A stretch of 64,000 bases of DNA. Origin: Coleofasciculus chthonoplastes F2-STO-03. Lineage in GTDB: Bacteria > Cyanobacteriota > Cyanobacteriia > Cyanobacteriales > Coleofasciculaceae. Location of the stretch: positions 80,390-144,389 of the forward strand of contig JAVJWO010000178.1 in the NCBI GenBank assembly GCA_040222015.1, written 5' to 3'. A program made the position numbers and the translations under genes. Every line of letters starts with the position of its first letter. The first letter of the stretch is position 1. Shown one piece after another: positions 41,301 through 50,965 of the stretch. The notes beneath the pieces are model-generated. The model did not search any database. It saw only the letters and a program-made list of their open reading frames with translations, and was not told the DNA's origin.

Positions 41301-42916
41301 AGGGCATCCTGGCGCGGTTTATGGTGACACCTGCTGATGATGTAGCCGCGCTGGATAATTTTACTCGGTATATTATCAGTCATGAATCCGTGGTTATTCA
41401 GGGAAATCAACAGGTTAATCAGCAAAAACAATGGCAGCAAGGAATTAAGGATTATGCCCGTCGAATTGAAACCATTTCCCATGATTCCTTAATAGACTCA
41501 TCACAATGGCGGCAGTTTGGCGAAATTCTAGCTATCTTAGCCTCAGCAGGTTATCCCGAACTAAACCTGCAAGCTGGGACGTGTTTTTATCGCGCCCAAA
41601 ATTATGCTCAAGCGATACAGTATTGGGACGAAAGTAATGCAACTCAACTCCCAGACTATCATCGGGCAAAAGCCTTTACTGTGGGTATGCCAGAAGGATT
41701 AGCGTATTTGGCACAAGCAGGCGAAGCTGATCAGATTATCCACCAATGGCGGCAAGCTGGCAAACCGCGCGATCGCAGATGGCTGCGTTATGTCGCCCAG
41801 GCGTTGGAAATGAAGCAGGAATACCAGCAAGCCTGCGTGGTTTATGTGGGGTTAGATGACTTGGCTAAAGTCAAAGACTGTTTTCAACTGGCGACGCGGG
41901 ATGGGATCAGAATCAAGCTACTACGACTACTGTTCCGTTATTGCTTCCGCCAGAAATACTGGCAAGATGCCCTCGAATTGCTAGACACCGATTTGCCGAA
42001 TGTCATCGGTTCAACTGAGGAAAAAAACGCGCTGAATTTCGACATTGTTTATGAACTGGCAGGGTCAGAATTCAATCCCAAAGACTTGAGCAAAGACCAA
42101 CGCCAGGACTATGCACAATTTATAAAAGAGCAGGTTTTATCCAATTGTGACTGGCAAGATTACCTGTTGATGCCACAGATAGGAATTGCCTTGGAAAAAA
42201 TTGGAACACTGGTCGAAACGCTAGCATTTTACGAGCAATTTGTCAACGATACGAACCTGCAACAGCGTCAATTTGCCCGGGAACGTTGGATAGGAACGAA
42301 GAAAAAACAAGTGGATTATGTGACAAATCAGGGGAAGCTGAGGAAAGCGGCAAAATTGCAGTCTAATTTGATTAAAAAAGCGCAGCAGTGGGCAATAAAT
42401 CCCGATAGTATCTCGGTGATTCCTCCATTAGCGCCAAGAGAACGTCCTTTGAGAGATAAGGGAGTTAACTCAAAACTTAGTCAGGGCAGGTTTGGCACAA
42501 ACGTTATTATCGATAGCGAAAAGCAAGTTCCTCAACCCGCCCCTACACACTCAAAACTTCCCCAATCCCCTGAAACTGAGCAACTGACGATTACTGGATT
42601 ACCCTCGGACGTAATAATAGAGGAATTTGAGAATGGGGTGATAGGATTCACGGTGCGTCACTTAGCAATTAAGGTAATGAAATCAATCCATCACGTCTTA
42701 ATTACCGATATTCTTAGTAATCGAGAGGTACGTGTGGATTGGGCAAAATGTCAGGTGAATCTAGGAGACGCGACGGTGGAAGCTGGGGAGAGTCAACAGT
42801 TATCTTTTACGCTGGTTTCTAGTGGTTATCGGGGTGTTCTATGCTGTAATCAGCCAGAACTGCGACTGGAATTGGAGATTCAGGGGTGTGAGAATCGGAT
42901 TGCTATTTGTTCGTAG
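38327..42916 (+). CDS. Large SF1 (UvrD-like) helicase with N-terminal extension and C-terminal TPR-like region
   Basis: GRAGSGKST, LTYN, DEAQD, AGDPFQT, NYRS, SAKGLEF, LYVAASRA. Confidence 0.88.
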   Translation: MYIYRTSGFNEKAERYGIGDRIDDLCTQLQTQRLDEVQSRFERVYPYLKRRILNQRLIGRILHLDHQQLLCFIDIFKRGDHDYEQFLESPLDYGCTHLEPQLDRQQIRDCLTQAQSQQQAVAPLPELPERLRPWLDPPGWERDIVPDDWVIYESEEWVRQLTTVKLQEAWKTYYQIISQINTHTAPSTGNGNGNRAAIPTDSFAETLIISREPQLPENVNLWSENNCYVLYSQIETTDTSVRGVLFLLAAFDHPPSSAEITEVGHRTTLFNGANTPNRLSQPLTIHELTPFARRSYPAYLLADAESWLAIERGREANLALSPEEEEILQSVSCPTPQTDSLPLFINGRAGSGKSTMLIYLFADYCYRKYYTPQGHRRPEPLPGKPLFLTYNERLLDIARDGVNRLLRSHHRFVAERSPGDHIPNCDRYFQPFGKFLLSLLPPQERQRFNPDHYISFHRFKQLYQGTRPEPALAKLILHLPQSRRYSPEICWHIIRSFIKGYGQSDDMTPEDYQEEVPRKERTIDVDKFQGIYDTIWQHWYKHLTTELDYWDDQDLIARVLELKCYHPHYTAIFCDEAQDFTRLELQLIMRLSLFSQYHLGYQPIPSLPFAFAGDPFQTLNPTGFHWSSTQSAFDAEVITALDPADQLKLTVNFQELSYNYRSSLSIVQFTNLIQLWRHVLFDIPELQPQTAWHPGDFPEPQMFILNQTISAEELITYIKDTIIIVPCEEGEELAYAQTDQVLSQIFGQLNPRELLTGNRKQGTEEMRELTQHSTLSPEPLKNVLSAISAKGLEFKRVILYKFGEECSDNVWNLQGVDQKVKVEYFFNKLYVAASRATDYLFIVDSDTGNRQLWNYASDEALLQAMLGYAKHKSRWQDNVKTLAPGMPNMVETMREDDPGAIAQEFQLKGLHAENPSLLRRAKQFYRDLGDITQANYCQAWALKFERQYRDAGHCFLDLGESDQAWDCFWQGLCWSELVAWDDSHPHHQSAPEGILARFMVTPADDVAALDNFTRYIISHESVVIQGNQQVNQQKQWQQGIKDYARRIETISHDSLIDSSQWRQFGEILAILASAGYPELNLQAGTCFYRAQNYAQAIQYWDESNATQLPDYHRAKAFTVGMPEGLAYLAQAGEADQIIHQWRQAGKPRDRRWLRYVAQALEMKQEYQQACVVYVGLDDLAKVKDCFQLATRDGIRIKLLRLLFRYCFRQKYWQDALELLDTDLPNVIGSTEEKNALNFDIVYELAGSEFNPKDLSKDQRQDYAQFIKEQVLSNCDWQDYLLMPQIGIALEKIGTLVETLAFYEQFVNDTNLQQRQFARERWIGTKKKQVDYVTNQGKLRKAAKLQSNLIKKAQQWAINPDSISVIPPLAPRERPLRDKGVNSKLSQGRFGTNVIIDSEKQVPQPAPTHSKLPQSPETEQLTITGLPSDVIIEEFENGVIGFTVRHLAIKVMKSIHHVLITDILSNREVRVDWAKCQVNLGDATVEAGESQQLSFTLVSSGYRGVLCCNQPELRLELEIQGCENRIAICS

Positions 42917-43017
42917 TCAGCACTTTAGTGCTGGAAAATAGAGCATCTGAAGCCACTAAAGTGGTTACTACAAACGGACTGGGTTATAACGGGGGTAGCA
43001 AATTAGCGGCAGTTTTT

Positions 43018-43587
43018 TTAAAATCGCAACCCTACGCCACCCTGCACCGAAACCGCTGTTCCGCCTCCTTTACGATAGGCATCAAAGGCAATAATTGCAT
43101 TCCCAAAAAGCACTGTAGTACCCCCAGGAACAACATAATCAATCCCCGGTTGCAAAGCGAAGCTAGTTTTATCTCCCACCGGTGAGGGCGTATCACCACT
43201 CGCAAACGCCGCACCCGCCCCCAGATACACATCCGTTTGCCAGTTCAGGGGAAAATCATAAGAAATAGTTGGCACCACCGCCGTACCTGCACCAATCAGG
43301 GCTTGCGCTCGCAGAGAGACAGGAAGTTCTAAGAGTTTGTATCGTACCGCCAAAACTCCCCCAAATTGCCGCCCTTCACCGCGATCATCTTCTTCAATAC
43401 CGAATGTACCACCCACTCCCACATAACTGCCGTAAGCGGCTTGAGCTGATGCTGATGTGGGGGTAAACGCCAGACTCGCGAGTACCCCTGTGGCAAGGGT
43501 TACGCTGATGCCAATAAAATGTCGCATATTCGGACTCCTCAGTACTGATGTCGCTGATTTTAGCTTGTGATCTACCTGACTTTCCAT
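43018..43587 (-). CDS. Small outer-membrane beta-barrel protein
   Basis: Signal peptide, amphipathic beta strands, C-terminal GVGLRF; start probably MRHFIG. Confidence 0.75.
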   Translation of the reverse strand: MESQVDHKLKSATSVLRSPNMRHFIGISVTLATGVLASLAFTPTSASAQAAYGSYVGVGGTFGIEEDDRGEGRQFGGVLAVRYKLLELPVSLRAQALIGAGTAVVPTISYDFPLNWQTDVYLGAGAAFASGDTPSPVGDKTSFALQPGIDYVVPGGTTVLFGNAIIAFDAYRKGGGTAVSVQGGVGLRF

Positions 43588-43783
43588 GGGGCGTCTTGAA
43601 ACGCGAGCAGATCAAGGAGATTAAGGAATCTGATTCAAGCGTTTGAATCAATCAAAACCCCACTAGGAGCATATCAGAGAAAGTCGGGGCGGCTTTAATT
43701 CATTGGGGTGAGAGAAACAACGAGAGTCGTAAAACCCGCTTCTATATCAGGTATATGGGAGAATGAAAAAATCCGAGAAGAGA

Positions 43784-44995
43784 TTATTTTGCAGAGGATG
43801 AGTTAACATCAATGGTTATCCAAAACTTTGACTTTTTGAACTTAAGTAGGAACGGAGACCATAAACTCCCGCCACGCCTAAAAGCTCGCCTGTTGTGTGC
43901 CGCGTTGTGGTCAGCATGGGCAAGGTAGCCACAATGAACACACCTAAACCTGTCACCTTTTCGGTTTCGTCTATCCCATCTGTTGCAGTTCGAGCAGAAC
44001 TGCGAGGTCTTGAAGGGGCCTTTCACCACAAGCTGAATCCCCTCCTCCTCACACAACATTTCCAAAAACTGCACCAAAGTACGATAAAGCCAATGAGACA
44101 GCCGCCTGTTAAACAGGCGAGAGAACGTCCCTCGTTTTCCCTGTTTAACCTTCTTCAAATCCTCAATACTGAGAATCTTTATAGAAGACCAATCAACTTT
44201 CTTCAGAACCTGACCCAACATCGATTTAATTTCGGCGTGGGTATGCTTTTGACGCTTTTGAAACCCCTGAATTCGTTGATAAATATCTTCTCCAACTACC
44301 TGGGAGTCACTGAATACGACGCCGTTTTTGTAGTTAGAATCCATCCCAACTACCTGACCTGATGTTCTCAAGGGAGGTCTAACTTTCTCAAAGATCAAAT
44401 CAACACCTCGGCTTATCTCGACTCCGCTCGATACAAGTCGCTCGGTGTTGACCCTGAGCGAAGTCGAAGGGTCAATCCACAATCGCCCTTTCTTCAATCC
44501 CATGCGGATCGTTTTAGAGAGTTGCCATCCCTGAGCTAACCGTTGATTGATTACTGAGGTGGACTTGAGCGGGATAACTAACTTGGGCGCCCCCGATCCA
44601 ATCAGTTTGACGCACCAATCAAAGCCCTTTTTTTCAAAGGGTTCGATGGTGGCGAAGTGATAGAACAATGTAACTGTGTGCCATTTTAGCTGGGGTTTCC
44701 GTTTTCTATCTTTCTTGTGTTGAGAAAAAACACACTCACTCGCTTGTTTTGCAAGTGCTTGCCCTAAACGGGTTGTGATCCCAAACTTTTTCTTGGCTCG
44801 GTGCACTGTTGGCAGGTCAGCCAGTTTCCCCGAAAAATCTTGACGTTGCCAAAACAAGTCAACAAAATACTGCATAACATCGTGGCATTGACCCAAAAAT
44901 TCGCGCACAATTTTCGACTTACCCACATTCAAATCATTCAGGTAAACCCTAGCTGTACGCCTCATCAAATTTTTGTTTCTTAGAAATGCCATCAT
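43784..44995 (-). CDS. tnpB: TnpB family RNA-guided endonuclease with 24-aa repeat-derived insertion
   Basis: RuvC VVGMD, SIEDL, TSQFCSNC...CVHC Zn finger, HADHNAA. Confidence 0.85.
   Translation of the reverse strand: MMAFLRNKNLMRRTARVYLNDLNVGKSKIVREFLGQCHDVMQYFVDLFWQRQDFSGKLADLPTVHRAKKKFGITTRLGQALAKQASECVFSQHKKDRKRKPQLKWHTVTLFYHFATIEPFEKKGFDWCVKLIGSGAPKLVIPLKSTSVINQRLAQGWQLSKTIRMGLKKGRLWIDPSTSLRVNTERLVSSGVEISRGVDLIFEKVRPPLRTSGQVVGMDSNYKNGVVFSDSQVVGEDIYQRIQGFQKRQKHTHAEIKSMLGQVLKKVDWSSIKILSIEDLKKVKQGKRGTFSRLFNRRLSHWLYRTLVQFLEMLCEEEGIQLVVKGPFKTSQFCSNCNRWDRRNRKGDRFRCVHCGYLAHADHNAAHNRRAFRRGGSLWSPFLLKFKKSKFWITIDVNSSSAK
44400..44475. repeat. 72-bp nested small dispersed repeat insertion flanked by a TCAA duplication
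   Basis: Three 24-nt modules built on a TCG(A/G)CT.CGCTC core. Confidence 0.8.
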
Positions 44996-45154
44996 GCCGT
45001 TGTCATGTATGGGTAAGGGTCTTTGTACACCTGAGGGAGAGATTGTTCAAGGGTTCACCCCCCCAAGAGCCGCTTCGGTTATTTTATGTCATCTTAGCTC
45101 GACCCAATATAAAATAATAGCAAATAAAGTCAAAATATTGGAGAATTATTTACA

Positions 45155-45556
45155 ATGCCTGATATTGTCGATATTGCCGTTAGTGCGGATTCATTCCAAA
45201 CCCTGGTAGCTGCTGTACAAGCGGCTGGTTTAGTGGACACTCTTAAAAGTCCTGGTCCTTTTACAGTTTTTGCACCCAATGATGCTGCTTTTGCCAAGTT
45301 GCCACCAGGAACCATACAAACGTTGCTCCAGAATATTCCCCAGCTTACGCGAATTCTGACGTATCATGTCGTTTCCGGGAAATTGACTCAAGCTGATTTA
45401 GCCAAGGTCGATTCGGTAACTTCTGTTGAGGGTTCGTCTATCCGAATTGACTGTTCTGATGGTTTTGAAGTCAAAAATGCCACAGTTGTTGCCCCTGACA
45501 TCGAAGCAGATAATGGTATTATCCATGTTATTGACACGGTAATTCTCATGGGGTAA
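45155..45556 (+). CDS. Fasciclin (FAS1) domain protein
   Basis: [28 protein letters not shown]. Confidence 0.95.
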   Translation: MPDIVDIAVSADSFQTLVAAVQAAGLVDTLKSPGPFTVFAPNDAAFAKLPPGTIQTLLQNIPQLTRILTYHVVSGKLTQADLAKVDSVTSVEGSSIRIDCSDGFEVKNATVVAPDIEADNGIIHVIDTVILMG

Positions 45557-46059
45557 AGTCACCATCAAAAGGAGGATCAGACCCCATTGAGTAAAGGGCG
45601 ACCCGACCCGATTGAGTGGGCGGGTGTGGTTAATTGATGTAAACGGGTCGCCCCTACAGGTTGTTAATTGATGTCCTATCGAATCAGGTTGATTGCACAC
45701 AGCGGTAATCACCTCATAATGAGCGTTCCAGCCATGTTTCGTGAGGTTGTTTAACCCGATTTGATGTCAGATTTAAATTTCAGGTGGGCAGTATTCAATT
45801 GACTATGTTAACCTGTTGGTTTTGATGCTAGTTTAGAGTCTAGTTTAGAGTATTGAGCGCCTGTAAATCCGGCAACGTCAGAAGATATTGAGAAAAATTC
45901 TATTTTGGCAGCAGCCTGTTGAATTATACCAGAATTTTGTGGACTAGACGACCCCCACGTTTCATTGGCGAAATGAAAATAAAAGTTAACGGTCATCCGG
46001 ATTGTGCCGTTTCCCTAATGAAGACAAAAGGAAAGCCAACTTGTAAGGTTGAAGCAGTC

Positions 46060-46383
46060 ATGACAATGAAGAACGGTCAATGCCACTCCTGTGGATCTTA
46101 TCAGATCAGAAGTAACAAAAACCGAAAATTTCCCGCACTGAATACGATGACGCTAGGACTAGGAAACTCCAGCGCTCGTTATGCTTCACTGGATACGTAT
46201 GTTTGTGTCAATTGTGGCTATGTTGAAAGCTATGTGGCATCAGCCGATGATCTAAACTACATTCAAGAGAACTGGGCAAAAGTTGAAGCGCCCTGTGAGA
46301 ATGGAAAGCGATCGCCCAAAAAAGTTGAATCGCTTCCTTCTAGAGCGCACGAGGAGTTCAAGCGCAGAGCCATGCACGGTTAA
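46060..46383 (+). CDS. Hypothetical zinc-ribbon protein
   Basis: CHSC...CVNCGYVE; start placed at ATG 46060/46066. Confidence 0.65.
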   Translation: MTMKNGQCHSCGSYQIRSNKNRKFPALNTMTLGLGNSSARYASLDTYVCVNCGYVESYVASADDLNYIQENWAKVEAPCENGKRSPKKVESLPSRAHEEFKRRAMHG

Positions 46384-46410
46384 TCCTGTAGATGGCATAA
46401 TTTGAGCCGA

Positions 46411-47505
46411 TCATTCTTGCCAATACCCTAGATGCTTACGAGCCGCGTCTGTAGCAACCCGCCCGCGAGGGGTTCGATGTAAGTAACCAATCTGCAATAA
46501 ATACGGTTCATACACTTCCTCAATGGTTTGAGCGTCTTCTCCGGTGGCGGCGGCTACGGCTTCTAAACCCACAGGTCCCCCTTGGAATTGTTCAATCATC
46601 ACACTTAACACCAGCCGATCCGTCCAATCCAAACCCGCCGGATCAACATTGAAGACTTCCAAGGCAACGGCGGCGACGTCTGGATTAATAACACCCATCT
46701 TTTTCACCTGAGCATAATCCCGCACTCGCCTCAGTAAACGATTGGCGATGCGGGGAGTTCCCCGCGAACGACGGGCAATTTCTATCGCTCCCTCTTCGCT
46801 CATCGGCGTTTGTAATAATTGGGCGGTGCGTTGCACAATTAGACTCAATTCCTCGGGTTCGTAGAATCGTAAGCGCTGGATCAAACCGAAGCGATCGCGT
46901 AAGGGGGAGGTGAGTGATCCTACCCTTGTCGTCGCGCCAACCAGGGTAAACTGGGGCAAAGGAATACTCCGAGTTCGCGCTGATTGCCCTTTGCCAATCG
47001 TAATATCTAAACGGTAATCCTCCATCGCCGGATACAACAGTTCCTCACTCATACGTGTGAGGCGATGAATCTCATCGATAAATAAAATATCCCCCGGTTT
47101 CAGATTCACTAAAATCCCCACAATATCCCGGGGACGTTCCAACGCTGGCGCCGCTGTAATTTTACAATTCGTCCCCATCTCCGTCGCCAAAATTAGCGAC
47201 ATCGTGGTTTTCCCCAATCCTGGCGGTCCATACAAGAGCAAATGATCTAAAGCCTCATTTCGCGCCTTCGCCGCCGCGATCGCAATTTCTAAAACATCTT
47301 TGAGTTCTTTTTGCCCAATATAGTCGGCTAACCGATGGGGACGAATCCCCTCCTCTTGGTTCTCTGTTTCATCGGCTGTCGCCGTCGCCAGTAACAAGTC
47401 TGCTTCCAAGTCTTGCTGACGTTTCTTACGGCGACCCTTTTTTTTCTGGCGAGATTGGGGTTGTGGGTCGGGTTCTTGAGATTGTCTAAAGGAGGTTATA
47501 GCCAT
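46411..47505 (-). CDS. ruvB: Holliday junction branch migration helicase RuvB
   Basis: [44 protein letters not shown]. Confidence 0.98.
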   Translation of the reverse strand: MAITSFRQSQEPDPQPQSRQKKKGRRKKRQQDLEADLLLATATADETENQEEGIRPHRLADYIGQKELKDVLEIAIAAAKARNEALDHLLLYGPPGLGKTTMSLILATEMGTNCKITAAPALERPRDIVGILVNLKPGDILFIDEIHRLTRMSEELLYPAMEDYRLDITIGKGQSARTRSIPLPQFTLVGATTRVGSLTSPLRDRFGLIQRLRFYEPEELSLIVQRTAQLLQTPMSEEGAIEIARRSRGTPRIANRLLRRVRDYAQVKKMGVINPDVAAVALEVFNVDPAGLDWTDRLVLSVMIEQFQGGPVGLEAVAAATGEDAQTIEEVYEPYLLQIGYLHRTPRGRVATDAARKHLGYWQE

Positions 47506-47611
47506 GATTTCAGCCTATCATTTCATCGGCGACCAAGACACTCAGGCGCAAAAGGTTTAGATTAGTTAAGGAACTAAGTATTATCGCATCACACAGCGTA
47601 AGACATCTGAC

Positions 47612-48382
47612 ATGCTAGCTAAACGAATCTTACCGTGCCTGGACGTAAAGGCGGGGCGGGTGGTCAAGGGCGTCAACTTTGTAAATTTGCAAGATGCGGG
47701 TGATCCCGTGGAATTGGCACAAGCTTATAACCAAGCCGGTGCCGATGAACTGGTGTTTTTGGATATCACTGCCACTCATGAAGACAGGGATATTATTATC
47801 GATGTTGTCTACCGTACCGCAGAACAGGTGTTTATTCCTTTAACCGTTGGCGGCGGTATCCAATCCTTAGAGACTGTTAAGTTATTGTTAAGGGCTGGTG
47901 CCGATAAAGTCAGTATTAATTCGGCGGCTGTCCGTAATCCAGATTTTATCAATCAAGCTAGCGAGCGCTTTGGCAATCAATGTATTGTGGTGGCGATAGA
48001 TGCCCGTCGCCGTGTTGATCCCAGCCATCCGGGTTGGGATGTTTTCGTGCGCGGCGGACGAGAAAATACCGGACTTGATGCGATCGCCTGGGCAAAAGAG
48101 GTGGAACGACGCGGTGCGGGAGAATTACTGGTGACCAGTATGGATGCGGATGGAACTCAAGCTGGGTATGACTTAGAGCTAACCCGCACCATTGCTGACC
48201 AGGTGGAAATTCCGGTGATTGCCTCAGGGGGGGCGGGAACCTGTGATCACATTTATCAAGCCCTGAGTGAGGGGAAAGCCGAAGCCGCCCTCTTAGCCTC
48301 TCTACTGCATTACGGGCAACTCAGCGTATCGGAAATTAAGCACTATTTGCAGAACCATCAGGTTCCTGTCCGGATGTCATGA
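47612..48382 (+). CDS. hisF: Imidazole glycerol phosphate synthase subunit HisF
   Basis: [35 protein letters not shown]. Confidence 0.98.
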   Translation: MLAKRILPCLDVKAGRVVKGVNFVNLQDAGDPVELAQAYNQAGADELVFLDITATHEDRDIIIDVVYRTAEQVFIPLTVGGGIQSLETVKLLLRAGADKVSINSAAVRNPDFINQASERFGNQCIVVAIDARRRVDPSHPGWDVFVRGGRENTGLDAIAWAKEVERRGAGELLVTSMDADGTQAGYDLELTRTIADQVEIPVIASGGAGTCDHIYQALSEGKAEAALLASLLHYGQLSVSEIKHYLQNHQVPVRMS

Positions 48383-48500
48383 GGGGTCTCAAATCCTTGC
48401 CGCTCTGCCGTAAACTTTTGTGACCCATATCACACAATTGGATCGTTTGCAGCTACATAGACCACTGCTAAAATAGATTCGATGTTACATTTCGTAAATT

Positions 48501-48710
48501 ATGTTGATTGCTATTTTAATATTCGATATTGCTCTAGTTGCTTGGTCACTGCACTTAATGCAACAGGCGTTTGACACACGAGAGTTTTCCTTTATGCTGG
48601 CTGGCACATTGGTGGCGATGTCAGCCGCTGCCATGTTGGTCGTGTATTTCTTGATGGACAGCTATTTGGGCTACTTGAGTCGGATTGCGGCGGTGTCGGG
48701 TTCGTTTTAG
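48501..48710 (+). CDS. Small hypothetical membrane protein
   Basis: Two hydrophobic helices. Confidence 0.6.
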   Translation: MLIAILIFDIALVAWSLHLMQQAFDTREFSFMLAGTLVAMSAAAMLVVYFLMDSYLGYLSRIAAVSGSF

Positions 48711-48770
48711 TGAGGCTTGGGTTGCGTAACTCGATAATCTCTCACGAGGCAATATTTTAATTCATAAGAC

Positions 48771-48799
48771 TTGACGAAAGGACAGAATCAAGGCATGAT
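48771..48799 (+). promoter_or_regulatory. Putative sigma70 promoter of tRNA-Ala
   Basis: TTGACG-N17-CATGAT ending 14 nt upstream of the tRNA. Confidence 0.55.
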
Positions 48800-48813
48800 G
48801 GAAGATGCTGCAC

Positions 48814-48886
48814 GGGGCTATAGCTCAGCTGGTAGAGCACCTCAATGGCATTGAGGGGGTCAGCGGTTCGAGCCCGCTTAGCTCCA
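48814..48886 (+). tRNA. tRNA-Ala (GGC)
   Basis: GGGGCTA/TAGCTCC acceptor stem with G3:U70, CCTCA/TGAGG anticodon stem with loop ATGGCAT, GGTTCGA T-loop. Confidence 0.97.
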
Positions 48887-49174
48887 TTAACACAGAATCA
48901 GAATTAGGAGTTGCTGAATAACTCTTATGGTGAGGTTAGGAAATTGTTAACAGGGAACAGTTTTGATAACTTCAACCTCTCCACAAAGGGTATATCCGTT
49001 CAAAAACTGCATTCATTTTATAAACCTTTAATTGTTCTGGAAACCTTTATTTTTCATGGTTTTGCGAGTTTTCCAGCCCGCCCAATTTGGGGTGTTGGTG
49101 ACGCGATCATCGGAGGACTCATCGTGAGTGAGTACAATTAATGTGTTCATCCTTTGAATGTTAACCCAACAGCT

Positions 49175-49396
49175 ATGAATGCCACTGAACAAGCTCCTCT
49201 AGACGAACAAACCTTGAGCCGATGCTGTTTGGCACCACTATTTGCTGACATTATGTGTAAGGGTCAGATCAGTTTGTCTGACTGGCGTGAATTGATGACA
49301 GCGCCTTGGGACAATTCTTTCACCAGTAATGATGAAGCTATCTTAATGCGGCTGATCTATGGGGTGCATCGTGGACTCGTGAAAGTTGTCGATTGA
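49175..49396 (+). CDS. Small hypothetical protein
   Basis: ORF with LFAD...G.IS...RLIYGVHRG pattern typical of small cyanobacterial proteins. Confidence 0.55.
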   Translation: MNATEQAPLDEQTLSRCCLAPLFADIMCKGQISLSDWRELMTAPWDNSFTSNDEAILMRLIYGVHRGLVKVVD

Positions 49397-49571
49397 ACTT
49401 CCTACACTGAACCTAAGATGAATGGCACGCTCAGATGAGCATGGTGGGCAATGCCCACCCTACGGTATATTAAAGGTTTTGGTGCTCCCTTGAGTATGAC
49501 AAATTACAGAAGACGTAGCTTGCTTCTTTTCGGGCAGCGAGTTCTCCACCTTTAACTTTAATGTCCACCTA

Positions 49572-50246
49572 TCATAAATTTCGTTTGGCTTCCTGAGCCA
49601 CTTGCTCAACCGAGTCGTTGGCTAAGGCTTCTAAGGCGGCTTGAGCCTCTGAAGTATCGAAGGGTTTGAGCGCCTGGGCAACTCGGTAACGTACTTGCCA
49701 GTCCGAATCGGTGGCAAAGGGAACTAATAGTGGCACAGCACGGGGATCACCCAGTTCTCCTAATGAACTAATCGCGGCGGTTTGAATCAAGCTGGTTTCG
49801 GAGGAAAGTGCTTCTTTTAAGAGGGGAAAAGCACGGGAGTCGCCTAGTTCACCTAATGCGGCAACAATACTAAACTGTAATAACCATTCCGATGATTGGT
49901 GATATAACTGTTGCATCTCCTCAAACGCCTCGGTCATCTTCAGGGCACCCAAAGCGTCAGCGGCGGCGGCTTGGACATCGGGTTCTGAGTCGTTCAAGAG
50001 GCGATCGCGCAACAGGGTTAAGGTGAGTGATAAATCCTGATCTCCAAGGGTATCAAGCTGGCTAACAGCGGCGTACCGAACCCGAGCATTGGCATCAGTC
50101 AAAATAGGCTGGATTAATTCATAAGCTACCGATGGTTCTAGCTGGCGTAGTAGATTTACCCCACTCAGGCGGTTGCCAAAATCCTCGGAACTCAGCAACT
50201 GTTGAACAGACTCACGAGAAACAGTCATGTATTCGTTATTAATCAA
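49572..50246 (-). CDS. nblB: PBS-lyase HEAT-repeat protein, NblB-like
   Basis: ESVQQLLSSEDFGNRL N-terminus and HEAT repeats; start likely MTVSRE. Confidence 0.8.
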   Translation of the reverse strand: MINNEYMTVSRESVQQLLSSEDFGNRLSGVNLLRQLEPSVAYELIQPILTDANARVRYAAVSQLDTLGDQDLSLTLTLLRDRLLNDSEPDVQAAAADALGALKMTEAFEEMQQLYHQSSEWLLQFSIVAALGELGDSRAFPLLKEALSSETSLIQTAAISSLGELGDPRAVPLLVPFATDSDWQVRYRVAQALKPFDTSEAQAALEALANDSVEQVAQEAKRNL

Positions 50247-50309
50247 TGATGTATCTTGAATCGTGGCATTATACTGTCTGTATGTCCACGCTTTTAAGCG
50301 GTGGGTTGA

Positions 50310-50801
50310 TTATGACTCTTCGAGTTCAGCAATCATTGCCCGCACAATATCTCCCGCTGTGAGGACACCAATCACTTTTCCTTGGTTGTCAGTCACCGCT
50401 AAACGGCGTAGGGATTTGTCCTGCATCAGTTTCGCGGCTTTGCGTAAGGGTTGATCGGGCTTGACAACCACGGGGTTCTGGGTCATGACTTCTCCAACGG
50501 TTTGCCCTAGAGCCTTGTGCAGTTCTTCTTCGTACCGGGCTGGGTTTTCCAGATAAATCACACTGTCTAGAAATACGATATAAACTGGGGGTTCGACTCC
50601 TGTCTGTTGCCACAACAAATCTGTTTCTGAAATAATGCCCACCAATTTGCCTGCATCATTGACCACCAGCAAACCACTGATACGTCGTTCGGCAAGAATT
50701 TTCATCGCCTCTTTAATCGGCGTTTGGGGGGAAACCGCGATCGGGTCACGGCTCATGACTTCGGCAACGGTTTTGGGCATACTCAGGCTTGGTGTCTTCA
50801 A
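50310..50801 (-). CDS. CBS domain protein
   Basis: Two CBS repeats (TVAEVMSRDP, TVGEVMTQNP). Confidence 0.92.
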   Translation of the reverse strand: MKTPSLSMPKTVAEVMSRDPIAVSPQTPIKEAMKILAERRISGLLVVNDAGKLVGIISETDLLWQQTGVEPPVYIVFLDSVIYLENPARYEEELHKALGQTVGEVMTQNPVVVKPDQPLRKAAKLMQDKSLRRLAVTDNQGKVIGVLTAGDIVRAMIAELEES

Positions 50802-50965
50802 AGGAATTACTCATCTTATTGTAGGGGTTTCGGGAATGATGGGGATTAATTTCTCTGGAATGGGGAACTCTTAACAGGGAACAGGGAACGGGACAAGGGA
50901 TTGAGGGTTTTTACAATTCTTAACTCCGCCCGACAGAAGTTATATTCAGGGACTTAGCGATAGGG

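Noticed and set aside
43784..43892. TnpB C-terminal tail as a novel domain
   Set aside because: Probably a one-base frameshift after NAAHN (alternative frame reads ELLGVAGVYGLRS) within the expected omegaRNA region; cannot be confirmed here
46025..46060. c-di-GMP-I riboswitch-like string
   Set aside because: Lacks the GGCAAAC, GAAA tetraloop and GCAAAG pattern and a second stem
48814..49400. tRNA-Ala as an integration site
   Set aside because: No integrase and no duplicated tRNA 3' end seen in the window
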